Assembly: GCA_951406725.2 (NCBI GenBank)
Contig: OX597830.1
Location: forward strand, 52,824,001-52,888,000
Direction of reading: 5' to 3'
Length of the DNA: 64,000 nt
Source of the DNA: Octopus vulgaris
Taxonomy: Eukaryota
Part shown: positions 23,868 through 37,687 of the stretch, piece after piece
How the letters are laid out: each line of letters opens with the position of its first letter
How positions within the stretch are numbered: position 1 is the first letter of the stretch
Program-made: the position numbers and the translations under genes
The notes under the pieces: model-generated
The model's input: the letters and a program-made list of their open reading frames with translations, nothing else
Databases searched by the model: none
Told to the model about the DNA's origin: nothing

Positions 23868-25068
23868 CATACATATACACATACATACATATACACACAC
23901 ACATATATCATATACACACACACACACACACACTATGTACCCTGCACTAAAAGAATTCCACTGACAAGTTTCCTAAATGGAATTAAGACCAGGTATTGCA
24001 ATCAATTCATCAAACGTAACCAGCCGTTACAGTGTAGCTTCTTCCTCTTCTCTTTTCTGTCCTCCAAATCTTACCTCAAATCTGGTTCTGATGACATTGA
24101 AATCATATTCATTGACATTACCTAAATGTTGACATTTTTACATTAGAAATATTTTAATTTAATTAAAAATAGTAATTTTTGTTTTTATTTTTTTACTATT
24201 CTAATTATGATAATTACAAACATTAATAATATACTAAATTCTTTTGTGAAGCAAAATTATATTTTTATTATTAAATTTTGAAACATTCCAGTTTGTGTTA
24301 TAAACTTTCCTATAAGACACTTTGTAATTTTTCATCATCATCATCATCATCATCAGCCAGGTCAGCTTCAAATACCCTAATGTCTTCAGAAATAAATTAT
24401 ATTTCAATAAGACAAAAGGTAGAATGCCTTGGGTCATAAGTTTACTTGATCAGGGTTGACCTGAGCTAAACGACAAAACTGCACTTTTTTCTTAGTTTTT
24501 TCTTTTTCTTTTTGTGATGGGCACCAAATAAACTTGATTAAATCAAATCATTAAATACTGTATCATCAATATTTGGCACCAATGATTTAGAATGTTTCTG
24601 TTGGAATGTCAGTACCAAAATCCTGATTATACCCTGTTGACATGACATGATGGGTCTGTCTAACAGGACATCTACATGATGTATAAACAACATATACATA
24701 CATATATATACACACTAACCACCACAGACACATCTATGTATCTATCTCTTTTACTTGTTTCAGTCATTTGACTGTGGCCATGCTGGAACACCGCATTTAG
24801 TCAAGCAAGTCGACCCCAGAACTTATTTTTTGTAAGCCTAGTACTTATTCTATTGGTCTCTTTTGCTGAACCGCTAAGTTACAGGGATGTAAACACACCA
24901 GCTGTGAAGCGATATTGGGGGACAAACACACACACATACATATATATGATGGGCTTCTTCCAGTTTCCGTCTACCGTATCCACTCACAAGGCTTTGGTTG
25001 GCCCGAGACTATAGTAGCAGACACTTGCCCAAGGTGCCATGCTATCTATCTACCTATCTATCTGTCTG

Positions 25069-25113
<45 letters not shown>

Positions 25114-26557
25114 GGTGTCAGGAAGGGCATCCAGCCATAGAAACCATACCAAATGAGATTGGGGTCTGGTGCAGCCCTTCAGCTTGCCAGCCCTGGTCAA
25201 ACCATCCAACCCATGCCAGCATGGACAATGGATGTTAAATGATGATGATATATGTATATATATATATATATATATCATCATTTAACATGATGCTTAAGGG
25301 TACAATGTACTACTTAGTCTGAGAACTGAACCTATGAGCTGACAATCATAAATTCAGTTGCCTAATCATTTCACTGTGCGCCTCCACTCTTTCTATACAT
25401 TTCTGTGTGTGTGTGTGTATGTGTGCATTCATTCATACACACACACACACATATATACATACAATACACATACATACATTCATACAATCATGTGTGCTCA
25501 TAACCTTATATGCATACCAAAAAAGATGATGAGATGAAGGCTCCCAAAGAGGCTGGTGTGGGTTCATGATAATTGAACATAGAAAGGGTGAACATATAGT
25601 TCTATAGGGGTCAGGATATGTTCATTGGTTCCTGTAAAGTATGATACCTAAAAAGATGGTAAATTACACACAAATGTTAGGCTGTACAAACAGGAGAAAG
25701 AAAACCCAGTTCACATTAGTACAGTTAATTAATTAAGAAACAGCTGATGATTCACTGTCACTACTCTCATTTTTAATTATTTGTTGTAAAAAAATATTAA
25801 AAAGATATATTATTCAAATTTTTCCTGTAGAAATAAATAACCAATTAAAATTTTTTTTAATCACAAAAAAATAAAAACCCAAAAAGCTATACATATAAAT
25901 AATTGAAAAGTGTTTTAAACATCTTATCCAAACAAATTTCTTTCCATGTCATATAAATTGATGGAATTTTAAAAGTGAGTCAAAGCAAGATGATATTGTT
26001 TGAAACCCCAAGACATTTATATTTCACTTATTTTTCTATATAACAATAGTTTTTATCTCTTTGTATTTTTATACTTTTAGTTGAGTTTTTTTCATGTATC
26101 TATCAAGTCATTTATATAAAGGAGAATCTTGTCAATAAAAAGATTAATATTTTTAAATCCTAATTGGTTTTGTTTTTAATGCTTATGTTAGCATATTAAT
26201 TTTGAAAACAATGAAAAATTTAATAAACCAACTTTGTCATTATTAAACTGGTGTTTGGGACATAAATAAGCATGAAACTTTGGTAGAAGGTTTTAACTTA
26301 AACACTTTAAAACACAAAGTTGGTGTCTTACAACCAGAAGCAGTTTCAGGTGAGTTAGCACCAAGAGTTAAACTCTGATTTTTCCATTAATGTTGTTGTG
26401 TATCTCTGGGTCAGCCCTGAACTAGCAGACCTATGATCACCAGTCTTCCAGTGCCATTTTCACAGCCATAATGTATCTACAACCACATTACACAATATGT
26501 CCTTTTTCTTTCTCAATATGACTGTAAATTTAGTTTGAGGAAAATTTAATTGATATA

Positions 26558-27743
26558 CTGGGTTGGCAACTAAGTTCCCACTATTTTTTTTTTAATTTTG
26601 GAATCTATTTTTTTCAAGAATTCTATTTTTGAATCATTTTGGAATCTATTTTGTTTTTGTTTTTTCTAGTTAATTTTGGTTAATTTTTGTTTATTTTCAG
26701 ATCATTAAAATGGAAAGTCACCTCTTTCTTTTCGCTTTTAATCAAGGTTCTAAGGCCGCAAAAGCTGCTTGCAACATTTGTGCTGTGTATGGAGAGGGTG
26801 CCATTGCTGAAAGAACCGCTCGTGATTGGTATGCCAAGTTCAAAAATGGAAATTTTGACCTCAAAGACGTAGTTGAGTTCGATGAAGAGCGATTAAACCA
26901 ACTTTTGCATGAAAATTCTCATCAAATGACAAGGGAACTGGCAGAGAAAATGGAATGCTTCCATACTGGTTCAGAATTATGGAGCATGGGTTTTGCATGC
27001 TTTAAGTGACAACAACAAAAATCAACGAGCCACAATCTCCACTGGTTTGATTGCTCGTCACTGCTCAGCTCATGGACACAAGCAATGATTTCTTTACTGA
27101 ATCATTACTGGCAACAAAAAATGGTGCCTGTACATGAATATGAAGCAGTGTAAAAAATGGTTTAGTCCCAGTAAACAAGCGACACCATGTGTAAAACAAG
27201 ATCTTCATCCACGTAAAACGATGGGTACATGGTGGGACTGTGAAGGGATTATCCATTACAAATTGCTTGAATGGAACCAAATGGTCAATGCAGAACTCTA
27301 TGTTCAACAGATGGAACGATTCTACATGGCTATTCAAGAGAAAAGACCTAATCATCAGCATGGAGTTCTTCTGCTGCATGACAACGCCAGCCCTCAAATC
27401 GCCAATATGACCAAGGAAGCCGTTCAAACGCATGGCTGGGAAGTGCTGCCACACCTGCCGTACTCTCCTGATTTGGCACAAATGGATTTCCACCTCTTTC
27501 GATCTCTTTCAAATGCTATGCACAAAGTTTCATTCAATATTGATGCAGATTTGAGAGCTTGGTTGGATCAATTTTTTCGAGTCGAAATCAGGTGATTTCT
27601 ACCAACAAGGTATTGAAAATCTTGTTGAATGTTGGGAAGAAGTTGTAAACAACAAGGGTGAATACATTATTGATTAATTAGTTGTTATTTCTTATTAAAC
27701 CTTAAAAAAAATTGAAATTTAAAAAAACTGCGGGAACTTAGTT
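26558..27743 (+). mobile_element. Decayed mariner (DD34D) transposon
   Basis: TA-flanked TIR CTGGGTTGGCAACTAAGTTCCC with partial right TIR GGGAACTTAGTT. HTH region FNQGSKAAKAA..IC.VYG, LLHDNA, HLPYSPDLA..DFHLF. Confidence 0.92.
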
Positions 27744-29929
27744 TTAACAGTTGGAGCAGCCACATGGAAGGTTGGTCATCCTGTTGGAAGTATGACTGAT
27801 CCAAATCAGTTGGATGTAAGACAAAGCAGTCGAGAGATTAGTGATCCCCAGCTCATCAACATCACTGCATTGTGTTCATAACTTAAGATACTTTTACTAC
27901 AGGACAATAAGAGTATAGACAGCGGCTGTACTTTTAAAATTGAGCTGAGTTCAGGTGATCGGATGGAAGACAGATGGAAGCCATCCCTTCCTAAGTAATT
28001 CTTCATTATAACTGTATATAAAAATCAATGAAAGAGATCAGTCTACTATAAATATCAATCAAATTGCATCCAAATCAAATCATATCTTAAATAATGTAAA
28101 TTGCTCTACATAAAATAATCCTAGGTACACTATGTCAAGCAAAAAAAAAAAATAATAATAATAAATAAATAAGATAAGATGCTCAGAGCTGGAATTTTCT
28201 TGAGAAATAAATTTTATTAAGGACTAACCTGGGGCTAAGGAACAACTGTGATAGTAGAGTGAGCTACACGATCAGTTGGCCTACTAGAAATAACAGCCAA
28301 AAAATCATAACTTACTATCTTATGAAAAAAAAGATGAGTGGCTGTATGGTAAGTAGCTTGCTTACCAACCACATCGTTCCGGGTTCAGTCCCACTGTGTG
28401 GCACCTTGGGCAAGTATCTTCTATTATAGCCTTGGGCCGACCCAAACCTTGTGAGTGGATTTGGTAGACGGAAACTGAAAGAAGCCCATTGAATATATGA
28501 ATATATGTATGTGTGTATATATGTTTGTCCCCCCAACATCGCTTGACAGCTGATGCTAGTGTGTTTACATCCCCGTAACTTAGTGGTTCGACAAAGGAGA
28601 CCAATAGAATAAGTACTAGACTTACAAAAGACGGTGCTCCAGCATGCCTGCAGTTAAATGACTGAAACAAGTATAAGAGATTTTTTTATGGATAATGCTA
28701 TTAGGGCATGCAAGATGAAGAGATGGTCATGGCAACATTGTCTTTGCCTATTGGTTACAGCATTAACTCAAAAGTAACGCTTTTGATGATGTTTCAATTT
28801 TTCCAAGTCCATTTGTGGGCTGGAACTTCCTAACAATTTTCAGGAATTTAACCATTTTCGAAACAATTCTTTTGTAATAGATGAAATATTGATTCTTTAA
28901 AACTTTCTTAATGGTTTTTAACTGAAATGATAGGAAGTACCATATTCCTTGAGATGGGAACAGATCATATGAGGGAGCTTCTATATAATGACTTAATCTA
29001 TTTGAAATAGCAGCTAAATCTCCCTGAAATCACACCCTTCTTAAAAATAGGATACACAGGACATTGTAGTCTTAAATATAAAAACAGATTGAATAATCAT
29101 AGTTGGAATGTCTTTGATCATAGGTTTGCTCATTCAGGGCAAATAAATGGTTCTTTTAGTTTAGAAGAATAATGGGATTTAAAAAAAAAATCAAAGTTAA
29201 TTGTATTTCACTAAGACTTTTATGGTGGATAAAATTTATATTATAATACAAAATAGACGCCAATGAGGTTAGTTATCTCCCTTCTGGTATACTCCTTTTT
29301 CAATCCACACCATTTGTAAAATATACAATAATAATCAAATTTTTATTTCATAAAATAAAGCCAGCTGAAGCTTTCATATTGAAGATGGAATCGAATCCTT
29401 TTCACAATATACAAAAAGGAATGTTGCTATGAAATATTCTGTAAAAAAAAAAAACGCTTGAATCTCATCACTTATCATTGTTTTAATATTTGCTTTCCCA
29501 CACTCGCATGGGCAGACGGAATTTGAGGCAGATTTTTTGCAGCCTGATGCCCTTTCTGTCACCAAACCACACCAGCTTCCCAGCATGGTAATATTTCTCC
29601 ATTGCTAGTTATGTTTTTACAAGAAATTGGAAACGAAGGACACTATTTCATAAATTGGTCAGACAGCCTTACAAAGATGTAGCTGTAGGCTGGACAAAGA
29701 CACAAATGATAATGGAATGAAAAGATGGTTGGTGGAGGAAGCTGACAATGCATGCCAATTGCTGCTTCCCAAAAACATTGTTGTCTTTTTCTCAACACAA
29801 AATGAGGTATTAAACCGCTTACCAAAGTTCAAAGAATGGATGCAATCGTCCTTACAAGTTGAGGCGCTGAGCCTCTGACCAAAAATAACAAATTCAAATT
29901 TCAAATCGAGGCACTAAGGCTTCCTACCT

Positions 29930-30570
29930 TTCCTTCCCGACCAGGCAATATGCCTCCTGCAGTTCTAAGTTGGGGCTCCAGAAAGCAAAACTGTATTGGT
30001 CCTTGGGAAGAGAATCCATTACCCTGAACATATCATCCTCCATTATGACCTCTGCAGTTATCTGTGGAGGCCAATCCGGGTCTTCAGGCCAGGACAGGAC
30101 CCCCTCCCTCCAGCTTCTTCAGAAAGCTCTGTATTTCTTTTTTCTTTGATTTTAATTTTACTTGACTCTATAGGTCTTCTCAAGTGTAGCATATTGCCCG
30201 ATGATTCAAGGATACTTTTAAATGGGCTGGTTATGCAACACTGCTATAGGCTACGGCTGTGATCTCACTTTATTTGCCGGGTTTTCTCAATCACAGCATA
30301 TCTCCAATGGTCTCAGTCTCATCATTGCCTCTGTGAGAGCCAGCATTCAAAGGACGTGCTTCTCCACCTGGGTCTCCCTCTTCCACTGTTAGGGTGTGAC
30401 ACTTCTTCACACAGCTCTCCTCATCCATACACAGCACATGACCATATCAGCGCCAGTCGTCTCACTTGTACACCACATTTGATGCTTTTTATGTCCAACA
30501 TTTCTCTCAGGGTGCTTACACTCTGTCATGTGTGCACACTGACATTACACAACCAGTGGATCATACTAGC
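29930..30570 (-). mobile_element. RTE LINE 3' fragment
   Basis: 30330-30570 is reverse-complement similar to 2750-3020. Confidence 0.55.
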
Positions 30571-30575
30571 TTCAG

Positions 30576-30925
30576 ATGAGTAACAGTAGAGATACAGGTG
30601 TCAATCCATTACTCCCATTTCTAATGACTCTTGTAACTGGTTAATGAAAACATTATATCATTATAAAGAAACCATTTTCGTCAGATGAATTCACGAACTT
30701 CAAAATGATTTAACATAGTTTAGAATCCATGGTGCAAAACATTTACAGTGATTCTGCTACTGTTTCGGTTGACAGTTTTAAACTATGTTAAATCATTTTG
30801 AAGTTCATGAATTCATCTGACGAAAACGGTTTCTTTATAAGGATGTAATGCTTTCATTAATCAATTAAAGGCGTCATTAGAAACAGCCATAATAGATTGA
30901 CACCTGTACCTCTACTGTTACTCAT
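30576..30925. mobile_element. Third fold-back element (decayed, PLE pLTR-like)
   Basis: Imperfect inverted arms 30576-30721 and 30780-30925. Contains CTGACGA and a TAATG..CATTA-GAAAC hairpin but no clean hammerhead. Confidence 0.65.
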
Positions 30926-32782
30926 TTATATTTTATTCACCTGTCTCAGAATCTGCTCTTCATAAATATTATGGACTGTATATTTAATATTATAATGTAT
31001 GTATCTGAATAGCTCAAGAACAGATTTCTTTACTCAGCTGGGTCTAATAGTCTTACATACACTGTATGAATACCATCCAACTAGTACTTATGTGCCAAGT
31101 TTGATATTTAGCATAATATTGTTGTGTGTATATTATTCTAACCTAATGAGGTGCCTCAATTTAAGTACCTAATTCAACTGAATCTTCCTTATGTATATAA
31201 GGGGGTCTCTACCTTCCGGAACTAGTTTTCCACTATATTTCTTAAAAATTGTGGTAGAGGCTTTGGTTTCAGGACCACTCATGTCTAGAAACTGAGGTTG
31301 GAGGTAAGCAAGGGTATGCTCCCCGTAGAAAATCCAGCTCCAAAAAAGCCTCATGATAGCAAGGAGAATGGGCACCAGCCAGCCCAAAGGTTGCTATGGC
31401 CACTCCTGTTAATGGGGACAAAATCCGGATTTAAAACACTGGATGATGATGAAGATGATATATATGACGGGATTCTCTCAGTTCCCATCAATCAAATTTA
31501 CTCACAAGACATTGGTCGGCCTGAAGCCGTAGTAGACAACACTTGCCCATGGTGCCACACAGTGGGACTGAACCCAGAACCATGTGGTTGGGAAGCAAAC
31601 TTCTTACCACACAACCCGCATAAGATAAAAAAATGTTTTTTTTAGCTATTTCAATACTTTTGATTTCTACTTCATGTCTCCTCCATTTTCTCATAGCCTA
31701 ATATTCCAGGAATACAAACTACTGATTATTCAACATAGCCTCATTCTATATATATACGGTTCCCTGGTTAGGGTAACGAATGTGTTTCAGGCCATCACTG
31801 AACCTCAGCTGTAAAATGTATTTGAAGAGCTTCAGAATCACATCACCCTTTGTATATACATGGTAGCATCAGACAAGTCAAAATTAAACAATATCAAGAA
31901 TATATCCATTTAAAAATGTAACAAATCCTTCATCATTTTCAGACTGTTGTCATCAGACATTACGCAACTCAAATATGCGAACATTTCAACCATGCTCAGT
32001 GGCTGATTTGCAGTCATCATGGTCAGAGGTTTATGTTCCTATGCTCTGGGTTTAGGTTGGTACAAGACTGCACTGTTTTTTTAAAAAAATTTATTGACAA
32101 GCCAGATGCTAATGCCACATATTCAAATTGGTGTACAATTTTCTGGATGTCTTCTATTAAATGAACCACTAAGGCAGGCTCAACAGCAGAAAGAAGTTTA
32201 AACAATACATTTTGTGACATAAAAGAATTTTTTCATTACTTTTTACTGGTTCCTGTCATTACACAGTGGTCATGTTGGGACAGCACCTTAGAGGCCTTAG
32301 TCAGTCAAATCAACCTCAGTACTAATGTTTTAAGCCCAGTATTTATTTTATTACTAATTTTCCAGACCACTGAGTTACAGGGATGTAAAACAATTAACAG
32401 AAGTTGCCAAACAGTGTTGTGTAAAAACAAGATACTGACAGACAAACACAGATACACACACAAATATACTGGGCTTCTATACAGTTTCCATCAATCAAAT
32501 TTACTCAGAAGATATTGGCCTGCTTAGAGTTATAGCAAAAGACAAACCTAAAATTCCACACAGTGGGATTAAATCCAAAACCTGCAACTTCAAAGTGGTC
32601 TTTTAAACCTCACAGCTATGCCTGTAAAAAAAAGAAAGCACCACTCCTCCCAAAAAATTCAGATAATTCATAATAAATAATTTAAAGTTTTAATTCCAGT
32701 TTTTTAAAGCATAATGAAAACAATAATAATGATAATCACTATTTGTACAAATAATAAAAATTCATGTTTTTTTCTCTTGTTA

Positions 32783-32874
32783 CTAAGAAGCAGGTTCTTT
32801 CTTTTGACTATTTGGGAGCGCATCAAATTCATCTAGAAATTTCTCTTGGCGTACGGCTGTCATGGAATAGATAT
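32783..32874 (-). CDS. COA3: COA3 exon 2
   Basis: Phase-1 continuation gives YIYSMTAVRQEKFLDEFDALPNSQKKEPAS*, containing the COA3 signature Y.Y....V.QE.FLDE. Total protein 92 aa. Confidence 0.9.
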
Positions 32875-34370
32875 CTTCAATTGGTTAAGGCAAAAAAAAA
32901 TTATTATTTCTGACTGAGGCACAAGGCTAACAATTTTATGAAGAGGAGGTTAGTTAACTCAATCCAGGTACCCAACTGGTACTTTATTTTATTGACCTTG
33001 AAAAAAACCCCACAAAAGACAAAGTTGACATCAGTGGGATTTGAACCCTGAACATGAGCCGGAAGAAATATCACAAGGCAATTTGTGTGACTATCTAACA
33101 ACTCATGTGAATCCATCACAAGGCCAGCAAATTTGAGAGGAGAGACTTAATTGATATCAGCAGCCCAAGGGGGATGAAACGTGAAGTTGACTGAAGGAGG
33201 GATTTGAACCGAGAATGAAGAAAGCTGAAAGAAAAACCACAAATATTTCTTCCAGAACTCTACCAACTCAGCTAACCACCACCTTCCATTCATTTCACTC
33301 CCCCTTTTCCATTCTAACATGGATTAAAACTGTTTCTGATTTAGGCACAACGCCAGCAATTTTGGGGAGAAAGGGGTTAGTTGATATGACTGACTTGACC
33401 AGTAATTTGCTTTATCAACTCTGGGAGGGTGAAAGGCTAAGATGACCTCAGCAAGATTTGAACTCAAAATGTAAAGAGGTGAAAAATGTATTTTAAGGCA
33501 TTTTTCTAACAGTTTAATGATTCAACCAATCCACCAACCTGGGTAAGAAATAATAACAACACTAAGGGGAGAGGTTTCAATACTTGACTGGAGCTTTGTT
33601 GTATTAGCCCCAGAAGTATAAAAGATAAAGTTGACTTAGACAAGATTTGAACTAATTCCTACAAGCTGTAATGCTATCATTTCCTATCTTAATGCCTATA
33701 TAAGAATTTCTGGCATTCCCCAACTATATAGTAGGAGAAAACTTTTCTCTCTCTGCATAAAATGTAATCAATGTTGAGCAAATCACTACCACCAAGGAAA
33801 ACAATCAGTATAAGGACAATGTTTCACCCCTATGACCCAGTACAAGGGCCAGTTCTCACTCCCTTAAGAAACAAATGTCTGTAAATAACCCAGGAACCTT
33901 ATTCCATCTATCCATTCATCCATCTTCTCCTAGGAAAGTTGTGGAGAGTTCTTGAGTTCCTCCTCCATAGGGTCCTATCAGAAACAACCATCATAAGATT
34001 TTCTGGCTGGATTCCCAAGTGCAACCAACTGAGACTATCCAATCATCTTGTCCTTAACCTACACCTAGGTCTTCTGCCAGTTGGCTTGAAGAATCCATCT
34101 TGCAATTCTTTCCTGGGACATTCTAATCACATGTCCAAAGTACCACAACCATGACCTCTCAATATGGAGTGGCTTGACCCAGAGAGGCTCCCTAATCTCC
34201 AAGCTATGCATCCTGTCAAATAATGTTACTCCAGAGACCCCTCAATGAAACCCCATTTCAGCTGCTTGCTTCTGTTTATTTGAGTGAAAACACCAGCAAT
34301 ATTATTATTGCTTGTAATCTTGGCTAAGTAGACCTATGGTAGTTAGCTGGTCTGTTGATGGCAACATTAA

Positions 34371-35443
34371 CCCTTTCATTACTATATTTCTGACCAAAAT
34401 ACACCCCTTATGTGTTTCAATTAATTTCTAACATAATCATAAATTTAGTTTGGTTTCATTAAACAACTATAACTTTTTTATTTATCAATATATTAATGGG
34501 ATTTTTGGAAGATAATTTAATGAAATGTTCTCAACCAATTCTATACTATAATTTTTGTCACAAAGTGACTCTAATTGCAGGTAGATACAGGTAAATTCAA
34601 CAAAATATAAAATTATTAAAATTTTGTTCAAACATCGCTATAGAAAATGGGTTATTAGCTAATATTCAATTGGGTATATAACAAAATTTTACGATAGAAT
34701 TTGTTATTCTGGGTAACTTTCTGATACCCATAATAATATTTATGGCAAAATAGTCTTAATTTCATTTAAGGTTGCAGGAAACCACTAACTATCCTTTCTT
34801 TCGCCTTGTTTACATTTAGCGTAACGGTTCATTTCCGCCATAATGATTTCAAATAGGCTCATTCGAAAAAGTAAAAAGAAATTGTCTAAGGCTTTACTCT
34901 CCAGGGAAAGTCTGTGGCTTGGTCCAGTTTCTTCAGAAAAATCACTGAAAGAAACAGTTTTTAAATTTTCACTCCATTCAGGAGCCAATTCATTTTCTTT
35001 ATCGCTGTCGGAGCTCTCGGATTCACTGTTTTCACTTTCGGAAAATGAAACATCAGATTCATTATCAAATACCACGTGCTTTTTTTTTCAGTCATAGAGT
35101 TAGATTTATGAAGGTCTTCAGTAGAAAATCCTTCCAATTCTGAATCGCTGCTTGATATAATGAAATTCGTATCCATTTTTTGTCAGAATTACAAATTTTG
35201 AAAACACAATAGGAACAAATTTCGGAAAAAAATCTCGGAATTAAAATTACACTTCGATTGTTGTACAAAACTGTAGTTGAACTGTTTACGAAGTATAATA
35301 TGTGTTTTCACGAATGTACTAAAGAGATTTGCTCTGATATTCTCATTTAATATGAATAGGTAAATACGGGCGGGTTTGGGCAGTTTGATCACATTAACCA
35401 AAATTTTTTTCGGGCAGCTTTGGGCGGTTTGGTAACGAAAGGG
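34371..35443 (-). mobile_element. Internally deleted piggyBac element
   Basis: TTAA|CCCTTTC.TTAC ... GTAACGAAAGGG|TTAA. Acidic Ser-rich N-terminus and FFLLF....EIIMAEMNRYA piggyBac transposase start on the minus strand. Confidence 0.88.
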
Positions 35444-36534
35444 TTAATCTACAGATCTAGTCTTCTTGATATACAATATCTCTGCTAAATTATGGACCAT
35501 ACTGGACTTTCCTGGTATGTGCAGTGTGGCAGTCAAGGTATGTTGCTATCTCCACCGTATTCTCTACTTTTGTATATCTGTTGATTTGGCTGTTAGCCAC
35601 AAGATACAGGCAACATGGATTCATTCAGAGTATGATAGCTGTACTTCTGCATTTATTATTCTTGTGGCATGTACCCTAGCAATGTTTGGGTGTGATAAGG
35701 TTATTGACACAAATGCTATTTTGTATGAGCTTTTTGTGGTTGTCTGGAATTAATGAGAAAGATAGCATATTTAGAAGTTTTGTAATGGTGTTCTGGGGTG
35801 TAATACAGTGTCTTAATGGAGTGAGAGATATGTTTTGTAGGTGGATGACTGGTAGTGTTGTGAGATATTGAAAATGTACCTGAATGTTCGTCTAAATTAG
35901 TATTTTCCAATGTTTTTTGAAACCCAAATCTTTATACCCTTATGTAGTATAGGTAGTAGTAGTAATTTAAAGTTAGTGTACTGCTCATTGCTCCCTTCAA
36001 AGCTTCTTAACAACTCCCTAGGATATCTGTAGTCTAGAATTGGTTGAGAAGTGATGCTGTTAGGATAGAGTTGTACATATGGCTGGGGTGTGACTGAACA
36101 AGCCAATGACGGAATATCTGCACAGTTGTTCAACCTGAAATTATTAGAAGCTAAATCCTCCTCAACATCCAATGGTCCCTTTGATGAACATTATGAGAAG
36201 TATTCTGGAACTGAAGGAGCAAATATTGTAATTTTAACTACAGTAATTGTAGTGCTCTGACAGGGAAAGGGCAAGAAATGGCCTTTACACCAGTTATGTG
36301 AGAGAAAAGAAAAACAACTTGTCACATTTTGCAAGGAGAGAAGAAAAATGACAAGTGACACTGGAAGGTTAAAAGTAAAGACTGAAGTTTTGTCTCAGGA
36401 AGGTCACTATGACCTGAAGTTGATCTGGAGATGAGAAGACAAGTCACTGAAGAAGTCACAAATGACAACAAAAGGACTTAGGCAAACACATCTTCTGGAC
36501 TGATTAACTGAATGATTAATTAAACAATTGATTA

Positions 36535-37520
36535 CAATGGTGGGCTGAAAAGTTCATAGGCTGAATATGAATGAGTGATGCTAGAGCTATGAAATCTTGC
36601 ATGCATTAATTCCAAACTCTTCCTCTTAATAACTTCATTGTTTCCTTCCAGCTAAGCTGACAACTGACTGTTCAAAGCTTTCAAAACTAACTAGAAGTGA
36701 CTTCTCTTGGAAATCAACAAAATTTGGTATTATCAAGTACCCACACAAAAAGAGTTTAGCCCCAACAACATTCTTGCAGACATGGTTGCTACATTAGGGG
36801 ATGACACTCTAGCTTTATCAACAGTGCAAAAGTCTGAATTTGGGAGGGGAATGGAAGGGAGAGTCTAAAAGACAACCCAAGGTCTGGATATCCTGTAACT
36901 CCCACCACCAAGGAAAATATTGACTGTGTTCACCACATGGTGATAGATGAAAGACAAGAGACTATAAATCAAATAGCCAATGCATTTAGCATATTCTGTG
37001 AAAGTGTTGAGAATATTCAGCACAACGAACTTGGCATGATGAAGGTTTCTGCTTGGTGGGTGCCACATCTTTTAACACCTGATCAAAAGCACACCAGGCC
37101 GATTACATCTCAGGAAAATCTGACATTGTTCAAGGCAGATCCAGCTGGTTTCCTTGAACATTTCCTAACCCAGGATGAGTGTTGGCTTCGTCACTTTAAG
37201 CCAGAGACAATGAGATAATCCATGCAGTGAATACACCCCTTCTCACCTGCTCCAAAGAAGGCCAAGGTCGTTTCATCTGCATGGAAGGTGATGGAATCAG
37301 TTTTTTAAGATGCATAAAACACTGTGAGTATTGGGTATCTTCAAAAGGGCCATTCCACCAACGGAGAGTACTATGCCACCTTGCTGAGGCAATCACAAAA
37401 GGCTATCAAGACCAAATGCACAGGAAAACTGAGAAAAGGGGTCTTATTTCATCAGGACAACGTTTCAGTACACAAGTCCTTGGTTTCAATAGTTGCTGTG
37501 CATAACTGTGGCTTTGAATT
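36535..37520 (+). mobile_element. Decayed mariner transposon, 3'-truncated
   Basis: TIR ...GCTGAAAAGTTCATAGGCTGA. Motifs KVSAWWVPHLLT, FLTQDECW, FHQDN. Confidence 0.85.
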
Positions 37521-37644
37521 AGAGAATGAAAACAACAGCCAGTTGTTGGGAAATTTGAAAAGAAAGGGAGATAATTTCCACAAATTACAACTGCACAGAA
37601 TTAACATGCCTAAAGGAACCTGATGAGTCTCGTACAGGGAAACA

Positions 37645-37687
37645 ACTATGGATGTATTTTCACCTTACTGAAGCTCATCAGCATAGT
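37645..37687 (-). ncRNA. Degenerate minimal hammerhead motif
   Basis: Minus strand: ACTATG-CTGATGA-GCTTCAGTAAGGT-GAAA-ATACATC-CATAGT. Stem III looks like a decayed GAAAC-GTAC-GTC. Confidence 0.5.

Noticed and set aside
29689-29806. Exon-like open segment on the + strand
   Set aside because: No recognisable homology or partner exons.
35460-36180. Additional LINE RT remnant on the minus strand
   Set aside because: Too decayed to assign motifs with confidence.
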